Part shown: piece by piece, positions 1-6,163 of the stretch
Numbering within the stretch: position 1 is the first letter of the stretch
Layout: each line of letters opens with the position of its first letter
Origin: an uncultured virus (IMG/VR IMGVR_UViG_3300025853_000054)
Taxonomy: Duplodnaviria > Heunggongvirae > Uroviricota > Caudoviricetes
IMG/VR virus record: IMGVR_UViG_3300025853_000054
Length of the DNA stretch: 64,000 nt
Strand: one strand, 5' to 3'
Notes under the pieces: model-generated
Seen by the model: only the letters and a program-made list of their open reading frames with translations
The model's database searches: none
What the model was told of the DNA's origin: nothing
Position numbers and translations under genes: made by a program

Positions 1-61
1 TAAACAGAAAGAAAATGTGAGAATTGCTGACCCTGGTCAGGGTATTGTTCTCACTTGGTGA
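1..61 (+). CDS. 3' end of a hypothetical protein (..KQKENVRIADPGQGIVLTW*), truncated by the window edge
   Basis: Open frame from base 2 to TGA at 59-61. Confidence 0.45.
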   Translation, partial: KQKENVRIADPGQGIVLTW

Positions 62-232
62 TCACTAACTGTTCCTTTGCTATTTGATTATGTTTGATGA
101 AACTTGGTCTGAGATTGTTGAAGCACCTATGGGGTCGAAAAAACCAGTTTGAAGGGGATTGGTAAAGGTCTCTTTTCGGTTTAATCTTATATCAGTTCAA
201 ACCACCACACTATGTACTACGCTATCTGACAA

Positions 233-288
233 TAACACTTAAGGGGGAGCAATCCTCCCCTTATGTAACACTATTTCAAAGTGTTACA
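233..288 (+). repeat. Stem-loop cassette copy 1 (taacacttaagggggag-caatc-ctcccctta) followed by a second hairpin tgtaacact/agtgttaca
   Basis: Inverted repeats seen directly; related copies at 568-596 and 2625-2664. Confidence 0.8.
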
Positions 289-359
289 AGTCGGATGACC
301 TGCCACGGTTACCCGATCCGATCCTTTATACTTAAAGAGTCCAAACCAACCGACACCCC

Positions 360-566
360 ATGGCAAGACACGCAACGGCAAACGATTTTGCAAACTGGAC
401 GCGGCAGGCGCAATGCATGACTGACGATGAGTTAATCTACACGGTCAAAGACTGTCGCGCCGTAGAGGCGCTATGGCGTGGCGTAGATGGTGGGATCGTA
501 GAAGGATTCTATTCTGACCAGGCAGCAACCTATGGGATGGAACTCTACCGCCGGAGAAACCGTTAA
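360..566 (+). CDS. Hypothetical early protein, 68 aa
   Basis: ORF with A/C-rich leader and upstream -10 TATACT (327-332), followed by a hairpin. Confidence 0.75.
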   Translation: MARHATANDFANWTRQAQCMTDDELIYTVKDCRAVEALWRGVDGGIVEGFYSDQAATYGMELYRRRNR

Positions 567-567
567 C

Positions 568-596
568 TAACACTTAAGGGGGAGCAATCCCCCTTA
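568..596 (+). repeat. Stem-loop cassette copy 2: taaggggga-GCAA-tccccctta
   Basis: Perfect 9-bp stem with GNRA tetraloop immediately after the ORF stop. Confidence 0.85.
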
Positions 597-634
597 TGTT
601 ACAACAGCAGGAAATGGTTTAACTTATACTTTAG

Positions 635-658
635 GAGGGATAAAAACCCTCTTTTTTT
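635..658 (+). terminator. Probable intrinsic terminator
   Basis: gaggg/ccctc stem followed by a T7 tract. Confidence 0.5.
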
Positions 659-752
659 ATATTAAATGTATATTAAATGTATTAAAAAATATAGTTAAGT
701 GTTTTATTCTTTTCCACAAAGGTGTGGAAAAACCTGTGTATTTTGTGGAAAA
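650..752. promoter_or_regulatory. AT-rich tract plus three perfect TTTTCCACA (DnaA-box-like) sites at 710-718(+), 723-731(-) and 744-752(-)
   Basis: Exact 9-mers seen; they fit the DnaA box consensus TTWTNCACA and the TTTTCCACA variant typical of cyanobacteria. Confidence 0.6.
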
Positions 753-770
753 CTTATGATTTATTGTGCT

Positions 771-1061
771 AAATGCCTGATTAAATGTACTCATAAGATG
801 GTGAAATGTCTTATTAAATGTACTCAGGTCTTGTGAAATACCTTATTAAATGTACTCAGGTCTTGTGAAATGTCTTATTAAATGTACTCAGGTCTTGTGA
901 AATGTCTTATTAAATGTACTCAGGTCTTGTGAAATACCTTATTAAATGTGTCTGGACCTTGTGAAATACCTTATTAAATGTCTCTAATACCCCATAAAAT
1001 ACCTTATTAAATGTCTCTAATACCCCATAAAATACCTTATTAAATGTGTCTGGACCTTGTG
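771..1061. repeat. Tandem array of nine 32-33 bp units with constant core aaatRYcttattaaatgt and variable tails
   Basis: Units start at 771, 804, 836, 868, 900, 932, 964, 997 and 1030; the first unit is slightly degenerate. Confidence 0.95.
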
Positions 1062-1174
1062 ATCTTAGACCGCCCACTATCACAAAACCTCGAAAATGTC
1101 AAGCGGGCGCTATCAGGGTTTGCCAACATTTTCATGAGATTTCATAATCGTTCCGCATAAATACTGAGCATCAC

Positions 1175-1203
1175 TTGACATTCAAACCATAAGATCTTAA
1201 ACT
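1175..1203 (+). promoter_or_regulatory. Sigma70-type early promoter TTGACA-N17-TAAACT
   Basis: Consensus -35 and 17-bp spacer, about 30 bp upstream of ATG 1234. Confidence 0.75.
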
Positions 1204-1233
1204 GTTCCTATCAATCAACCGCAAGAGTTTCTC

Positions 1234-1398
1234 ATGGTCTCATACCTCAAGGCACAAAAGCGTAGAGTTCGCGTTACTTTGGACATGGAAGTAATGGAAG
1301 ATTTCGATCCTCGTCAGATTGATTATGAGAAGGTTTTTAATCTTGAACCGACAGAAAAGGTGGAGGTTTATGTAGAGGATATGGATATTGACTGGTAA
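1234..1398 (+). CDS. Hypothetical acidic protein, 54 aa (MVSYLKAQKRRVRVTLDMEV...DIDW); not in the ORF track
   Basis: ATG-TAA frame directly downstream of a good promoter. Confidence 0.75.
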   Translation: MVSYLKAQKRRVRVTLDMEVMEDFDPRQIDYEKVFNLEPTEKVEVYVEDMDIDW

Positions 1399-1486
1399 AA
1401 ATATCAATTAGCAAAACGGTATCGGTTGATACAGCACGAGAGAGCGGTTTGTGGGATTCTATAGGAGTCAAAGGGACACGAACCAA

Positions 1487-1648
1487 ATGACCATCACCGA
1501 GCGCAATCAACGACTCTATGATCTCCGCGAGCGCCTTCAGAAGGCGCGATCAGAGGTCGCATGGATTGAGCAAGAAATTTGGTTAACCAACGATCGATAC
1601 GATCGCCAGAATCTTGATCTATACGTTGAAATGTTCGGCACTGAGTGA
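1487..1648 (+). CDS. Hypothetical coiled-coil protein, 53 aa (MTITERNQRLYDLRERL...)
   Basis: In-frame ATG after an A/C-rich leader; heptad pattern. Confidence 0.7.
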   Translation: MTITERNQRLYDLRERLQKARSEVAWIEQEIWLTNDRYDRQNLDLYVEMFGTE

Positions 1649-1717
1649 CAATCGCCAAACCGTCCACAACCGCTTGATCTCCACCCCGATCTCCTGTAAT
1701 TTAGGTTCATCGGGGGG
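1645..1717 (+). promoter_or_regulatory. Early promoter cassette copy A: GTGACA-N10-CGTCCAC, then TTGATC-N17-TAATTT
   Basis: 61 bp (1657-1717) identical to 2033-2093; each copy precedes a small ORF. Confidence 0.8.
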
Positions 1718-1746
1718 AGGAAACGAACCCCACACCAGAGAACCAC

Positions 1747-2004
1747 ATGACCATCTTCACAAACTCCCCTGAGATGCAACAGACCTGGGATGACCTTATG
1801 GCAGGTCTGTTTGATTTTGTGAGCAACAATCAAACTGATCTTGATGTTTCGCACGACTGGTTATGTGATCAGTTACAGATTGATTCTCTTCTTAATGAAG
1901 AGACTATGTGTGAGGTAGATGATGATTGTTGGGCAGATTTCTACAAAACCTGGCAATCTGCCTACGATGGTGAAAACTGGTGGGGTTCAGAAATCCCTGC
2001 TTGA
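1747..2004 (+). CDS. Hypothetical acidic, Trp-rich protein, 85 aa
   Basis: ORF downstream of promoter cassette A. Confidence 0.8.
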   Translation: MTIFTNSPEMQQTWDDLMAGLFDFVSNNQTDLDVSHDWLCDQLQIDSLLNEETMCEVDDDCWADFYKTWQSAYDGENWWGSEIPA

Positions 2005-2020
2005 TTAACACTTAAGAGGT

Positions 2021-2095
2021 GTGCCAATCAGAAAACCGTCCACAACCGCTTGATCTCCACCCCGATCTCCTGTAATTTAGGTTCATCGGGGGGGG
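2021..2095 (+). promoter_or_regulatory. Early promoter cassette copy B: GTGCCA-N10-CGTCCAC, then TTGATC-N17-TAATTT
   Basis: Direct repeat of copy A, offset 376 bp. Confidence 0.8.
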
Positions 2096-2120
2096 AACCC
2101 TCCACACTTAAACAAAAACA

Positions 2121-2294
2121 ATGATCAACACTTCTCCTCGTCCCTTCACTGTTGTTGGCAATAGTGTGGGTGGACAGTGTACCACTCACTGTAAGACTCT
2201 CCAGGGTGCAATTCGCAGTTCGAAAAAATTTGCACCTATTTTTACCTCTATTTTCATTGAATGCGATGGCGAAATTGTAAAGGTCATTCGCTGA
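2121..2294 (+). CDS. Hypothetical protein, 57 aa (MINTSPRPFTVVGNSVGG...KVIR); not in the ORF track
   Basis: ATG-TGA frame downstream of promoter cassette B. Confidence 0.7.
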   Translation: MINTSPRPFTVVGNSVGGQCTTHCKTLQGAIRSSKKFAPIFTSIFIECDGEIVKVIR

Positions 2295-2340
2295 CCTTAA
2301 GTAACACTAACCCCACAATCAACATCCCTTTAAGAGAATC

Positions 2341-2619
2341 ATGACACGTAATTCCACAGCACTGATCGCAGCGGTACGCGAAGTAGTCTCAAGTGATTCT
2401 AAAGCGCTTAGAGCAGAAGAACGCAAGTTGGAATGGATTTTAGAGTGGAGAGGGGTGGATTCTACGACCTTCCCCGGGGAAGAACCACAAATTACAACTT
2501 GGGAGAATGTCGAGGAACTGAGCAGTCTCAAATGGGATTGTGAGGCGAGGATCTGCTCCCTAGAAGGGAGATTGGAGGAGGGTAAAGAGTTACTTACAAG
2601 ACTTAATGCTTTCTTCTAG
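2341..2619 (+). CDS. Hypothetical protein, 92 aa, partly coiled-coil
   Basis: ORF flanked by copies of taagtaacactaaccccaca. Confidence 0.7.
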   Translation: MTRNSTALIAAVREVVSSDSKALRAEERKLEWILEWRGVDSTTFPGEEPQITTWENVEELSSLKWDCEARICSLEGRLEEGKELLTRLNAFF

Positions 2620-2624
2620 AAAGC

Positions 2625-2664
2625 GGGGGAGTAATCCTCCCCCCTAAGTAACACTAACCCCACA
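2625..2664 (+). repeat. Stem-loop cassette copy 3 (gggggag-taatc-ctccccc) plus a 20-bp leader repeat shared with 2298-2317
   Basis: Inverted and direct repeats seen directly. Confidence 0.8.
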
Positions 2665-2684
2665 CACACACCGCAATCATCACA

Positions 2685-2999
2685 ATGCGTAAGATCGAGC
2701 GACTGATGAACACCGCCATCGCTAACTATCAGGACTGGAAACTCGACAACACCGAGGTTGTTATCTATGACAATTTCACCTCTGTTTATCTGCACGACAA
2801 CCTTATTGCTCGCCTCGGTGAGAACTTTGTGCAAATCTTCGACGGTGGTGTAAAGTCTAAAACCACCAAGTCTCGCCTGAATGCTATTCTCCAAGAGAAC
2901 GGATGTGATGGCGACAGTGTATTTCAGAAGGCACATCAGTGGTTCCTGCGTGTTGATGGCAGCGTGATTCCTTTCGAAAACGGTTACACTTTCTCCTGA
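2685..2999 (+). CDS. Hypothetical phage protein, 104 aa (MRKIE..VYLHDNLIA..TTKSRLNA)
   Basis: Clean ORF with C-ending codon bias; resembles a cyanophage hypothetical family from memory. Confidence 0.85.
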   Translation: MRKIERLMNTAIANYQDWKLDNTEVVIYDNFTSVYLHDNLIARLGENFVQIFDGGVKSKTTKSRLNAILQENGCDGDSVFQKAHQWFLRVDGSVIPFENGYTFS

Positions 3000-3061
3000 T
3001 CCTTTGACCTGGTGATGTCATAAAACCCACTAACATTCAAACCTTATTTGTTATTTTGATC

Positions 3062-3283
3062 ATGAACTTCGCTATCTCCAACAGCACTGCAATCGAGAAC
3101 ATCGCTCTCGAAGATAACACCGCCACCGTCACTTTCAATGGTGGACGTGCCTACGATTACACCCTCAACGATGTTACTTCCTTCGTATCTTCTCTCGGTC
3201 AGGTGATCGAAGCGGGCGAAAGTGTTGGTCGTTTCGTTAACAACGAGATCAAGGCAGATCGCCTGTTGCGTGTCGCTGCTTGA
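3062..3283 (+). CDS. KTSC-like small nucleic-acid-binding protein
   Basis: Pattern S-T-A-I..I.....VTFNGG..Y.Y....ESVGRFVNNEIK resembles the KTSC domain. Confidence 0.55.
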   Translation: MNFAISNSTAIENIALEDNTATVTFNGGRAYDYTLNDVTSFVSSLGQVIEAGESVGRFVNNEIKADRLLRVAA

Positions 3284-3290
3284 TGAGATT

Positions 3291-3322
3291 GTGGGGGCAT
3301 TCGTTATACACAGTGCCCCCAC
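3291..3322. other. GC-rich inverted repeat gtgggggca...tgcccccac
   Basis: Perfect 9-bp stem with a 14-nt loop. Confidence 0.8.
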
Positions 3323-3353
3323 TTATTTCGTTATTCTTTATAGCACGAATAAC

Positions 3354-3518
3354 CGATTTATTCGTTATTCGTAACAACAGCGATTACGATTTATTCGTTA
3401 TTCGTAACAACAGCGATTACGATTTATTCGTTATTCGTAACAACAGCGATTACGATTTATTCGTTATTCGTAACAACAGCGATTACGATTTATTCGTTAT
3501 TCGTAACAACAGTAAATG
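3354..3518. repeat. Tandem array of 33-bp units cgatttattcgttattcgtaacaacagcgatta (4 perfect, 1 near-perfect, then a degenerate tail)
   Basis: Units start at 3354, 3387, 3420, 3453 and 3486. Confidence 0.95.
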
Positions 3519-3666
3519 CGATTTGTGGGTTATTATAATAAGCGGGCGTACCGTATAAAAACGCATAACTACCCTAACCTACAGAGGTGACAAAGCGCGA
3601 GAGTGATATAAGACTCTCAAAAAAAATCCAGGGGGGTATAAGAGTAGTCTAAGAGGTTTATCAGAA

Positions 3667-3807
3667 ATGAAAAAAAGACGACCGTATTGGAGTTTTTGGA
3701 AGGTTGTATTTGCGGGATGGTTGATCAGGTATCCGAAAGTATTTCTTCGTATCTTATGGGTTCCGACAGGAATTGCAATAGTTTGCATATATAAAGCGGC
3801 AACATGA
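3667..3807 (+). CDS. Small membrane protein, 46 aa (MKKRRPYWSFWKVVFAGWLIRYPK...); not in the ORF track
   Basis: Basic N-terminus, hydrophobic segments, ATGA overlap with the next ORF. Confidence 0.7.
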   Translation: MKKRRPYWSFWKVVFAGWLIRYPKVFLRILWVPTGIAIVCIYKAAT

Positions 3808-4037
3808 TAAGAATGACTGAAAAAAAATCGGCGGTAAATTTTTATATGGATAAAGTCTATCACATATATGCAAAAGACAAATGCATTATGTATAATGTAT
3901 CCGAGAAAGATTTTGATGTAGTATGGAAAACTTTGAATATCATGGTAGAGTATTTAAATACAGAGTATAGGTCAGATGATCTAAGTTACTTAGAGTGTTT
4001 ATGTAATAAGGATTCTACGATAAACTCATCGTATTGA
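3804..4037 (+). CDS. Hypothetical protein
   Basis: ORF coupled to the previous one; true start may be a later ATG. Confidence 0.7.
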   Translation: MIRMTEKKSAVNFYMDKVYHIYAKDKCIMYNVSEKDFDVVWKTLNIMVEYLNTEYRSDDLSYLECLCNKDSTINSSY

Positions 4038-4062
4038 CAAGAGATAAATAAAACGTTAGGAT
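4034..4062 (+). promoter_or_regulatory. TTGACA-N17-TAGGAT promoter with an embedded late motif ATAAATA (4044-4050)
   Basis: Consensus matches upstream of SD GAGG and ATG 4087. Confidence 0.65.
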
Positions 4063-4086
4063 TTGATTTGAGGTAATTATTCACTC

Positions 4087-4875
4087 ATGGCAAAAGGATT
4101 CACAGTAAAAGCAAAAACCCCGGCAGCGGGAAGTCAATCAGCACCAGTTGAAGACTGGGATTATGAAGCAATCAAAGAGAGGATGCGAGGCAAGAGTATT
4201 GTATTCTGTCTACCAGGAAGGGGTTGTTCATTCACATTTCTAAAATCATTTGTACAGTTAGCATTTGATCTAGTACAAAATGGAATGAGTATTCAGATTT
4301 CTCAAGATTACTCATCGATGGTTAACTTTGCACGTTGTAAGTGTCTTGGTGCAAATGTACTACGTGGACCTGATCAGATTCCCTGGGATGGAAAACTGCA
4401 GTATGATTATCAACTATGGATTGATAGTGACATTGTTTTCAATACTCAAAAGTTTTGGCAACTATGTGATCTAGCAGTACCAGTAGAAGGAGAAGAAAAA
4501 GAGATTGTTGCTGGTTGGTATTCTACTGAAGATGGAAGAACCACATCAGTTGCACACTGGTTAGAGGAAGATGACTTCCGTAGTAATGGTGGTGTCATGA
4601 ATCATGAAATGGTTGATGGTATCAGCAAGCGTCGTAAGCCATTCACTGTTGATTATACAGGATTTGGATGGGTTATGGTTAAGAACGGTGTATTTGAGCA
4701 TTCTGAAATGAAGTATCCATGGTTTGCACCTAAGATGCAAATCTTTGAGTCTGGTGCAGTACAAGACATGTGCGGAGAGGATGTGTCATTCTGTCTCGAT
4801 GCTATTGAAGCAGGATTTGAAATCTGGTGCGATCCACGTATTCGTGTAGGACATGAAAAAACAAGAGTCATCTGA
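4087..4875 (+). CDS. Glycosyltransferase-like (GT-A fold) conserved cyanophage protein
   Basis: YQLWIDSD DxD motif; GFGWVMVK, GEDVSFC and RVGHEK motifs. Confidence 0.7.
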   Translation: MAKGFTVKAKTPAAGSQSAPVEDWDYEAIKERMRGKSIVFCLPGRGCSFTFLKSFVQLAFDLVQNGMSIQISQDYSSMVNFARCKCLGANVLRGPDQIPWDGKLQYDYQLWIDSDIVFNTQKFWQLCDLAVPVEGEEKEIVAGWYSTEDGRTTSVAHWLEEDDFRSNGGVMNHEMVDGISKRRKPFTVDYTGFGWVMVKNGVFEHSEMKYPWFAPKMQIFESGAVQDMCGEDVSFCLDAIEAGFEIWCDPRIRVGHEKTRVI

Positions 4876-5023
4876 TACAAAAGTTACAATCTATTATGAG
4901 GGAGAGATCCTTTATAAAGATTTAACTTATGAAGAAACAACTGAGATGCTTGACGAAATGGCATCTCAGTTCTATGATAACAATACATACGATCCAAACA
5001 AAATAGAACTGGAGATTAACTGA
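4853..5023 (+). CDS. Hypothetical acidic protein, 56 aa (MKKQESSDTKVTIYYEGEILYKDL...); not in the ORF track
   Basis: Open frame filling the gap between neighbours. Confidence 0.6.
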   Translation: MKKQESSDTKVTIYYEGEILYKDLTYEETTEMLDEMASQFYDNNTYDPNKIELEIN

Positions 5024-5025
5024 TT

Positions 5026-5169
5026 ATGGCGAAGCGACCTAGTTTTACTGGCGGACAAAAAATTGAATCAAAACCCAAATCTACCCGTCAGGGTTCAGGG
5101 AAGCATACAAAATATGCTGCCACTTCTCGTAATAATGCTCGCAAACCTTACCGTGGGCAGGGCAAGTAA
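5026..5169 (+). CDS. Small highly basic protein, 47 aa (MAKRPSFTGG...ARKPYRGQGK); not in the ORF track
   Basis: SD GGAG upstream; K/R/G-rich sequence. Confidence 0.8.
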   Translation: MAKRPSFTGGQKIESKPKSTRQGSGKHTKYAATSRNNARKPYRGQGK

Positions 5170-5445
5170 TGGAAGTCTTTGATGAATACTCACAAATTCA
5201 TCAGAATGACCTTAGAGTTTATAATAAACTTATTTTAAGTCGGAAACTTGGGTCCCTGTACCCAAATCCGACTTTTTTATTGTCAGATCATGTATGAATT
5301 TTATGTGTATGAGGCGCTTCGCTCGGTAAAATACATATAAAATCACGGAAAAGCTCTCTATAAGTAGAGATGAAACACCTAAAAATAGTAAATATAAGTA
5401 TATGGAAGATCTAGATTATTTAAGAGAGGGATTTTAATAGATTGA
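5169..5445 (+). pseudogene. Probable decayed gene remnant with a frameshift, stops and an internal deletion
   Basis: Protein-like fragments in different frames: MEVFDEYSQIHQNDLRVYNKLILSRKLG / VPVPKSDFFIVRSCMNFMCMRRFAR* / KYKYMEDLDYLREGF*. Confidence 0.45.
5237..5278 (+). terminator. Probable intrinsic terminator
   Basis: aagtcgga..ttgggt/acccaa..tccgactt stem followed by a T tract. Confidence 0.55.
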
Positions 5446-5499
5446 TACGGGATAGAAACCCCGTAAAAAGTTCTGTTAACCTAAACAGGAGTAAAAAAG

Positions 5500-5733
5500 A
5501 TGGCTATCCATCCAGAACCAGACAGAAATGTAAGTTACATGAAAGAAATTTGGGGAACAACGAGCTTAATCACCGATTATTGGGCAGGTCGATCAAAGCC
5601 TAAAATGCTTCGTGAGATTGCAGAAGACGATATGACACCTAAAAAGCATGATTTTAAGGTGCAAAAAGAGGTTCATGAAAGAATTGGTAATGATGATGAT
5701 TTGGAACATGGAACAGAACCTATATTTGGGTGA
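5500..5733 (+). CDS. Hypothetical protein, 77 aa
   Basis: SD AGGAG; sits just upstream of gp25. Confidence 0.8.
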   Translation: MAIHPEPDRNVSYMKEIWGTTSLITDYWAGRSKPKMLREIAEDDMTPKKHDFKVQKEVHERIGNDDDLEHGTEPIFG

Positions 5734-5739
5734 TAAATA
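5733..5739 (+). promoter_or_regulatory. T4-like late promoter ATAAATA
   Basis: Same TAAATA core precedes ORFs near 20583, 34055, 38056, 40960, 42638, 42842, 43825, 46557, 47600, 61323 and 62424. Confidence 0.7.
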
Positions 5740-5761
5740 AACATAGTTTAAGTACTATTAA

Positions 5762-6163
5762 ATGCCATTAGAACGGGTATCAGCGGGTTTTAAGGATATT
5801 AGTGCAAGTTTTCAGTTTAACCCACTGAATAGGGACCTTATTGCAATCAAAAATGAGACCGCAATATCCCGTTCTATTCGAAATATTGTAATGACTACCC
5901 CCGAAGAAAAACCATTTAATCCAAGATTTGGTTCTAGGGTATCAGAACTTTTATTTGATAACCTAGATTTTGCTACTGCAGCACTAATCAAGGATCAAAT
6001 AACAAATTCTATTGAAAACTATGAACCAAGAGTAGAACTTGATACTGTTATTGTTACACCAGACTATGATAATAGCGAATTTAATATTACTATTAAGTAT
6101 TTTATTATTGGTATAGATGCTTTACCACAACAACTATCGTTCGCACTGCAGCCTACTAGATAA
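5762..6163 (+). CDS. gp25: Baseplate wedge subunit gp25
   Basis: SIRNIVMT.PEEKPFNPRFGS and IENYEPRV motifs; gene order. Confidence 0.93.
   Translation: MPLERVSAGFKDISASFQFNPLNRDLIAIKNETAISRSIRNIVMTTPEEKPFNPRFGSRVSELLFDNLDFATAALIKDQITNSIENYEPRVELDTVIVTPDYDNSEFNITIKYFIIGIDALPQQLSFALQPTR

Noticed and set aside
771..1061. CRISPR mini-array
   Set aside because: The variable parts are only 14-15 nt and recur identically, the core is not palindromic, and there are no cas genes in the window
3354..3518. CRISPR array
   Set aside because: Units are contiguous and identical, with no spacers
3280..3558. 92-aa ORF with DLFVIRNNSDY repeats
   Set aside because: It is open mainly because the 33-bp unit is a multiple of three; there is no clear SD and it runs through a strong hairpin, so it is probably non-coding, though not excluded
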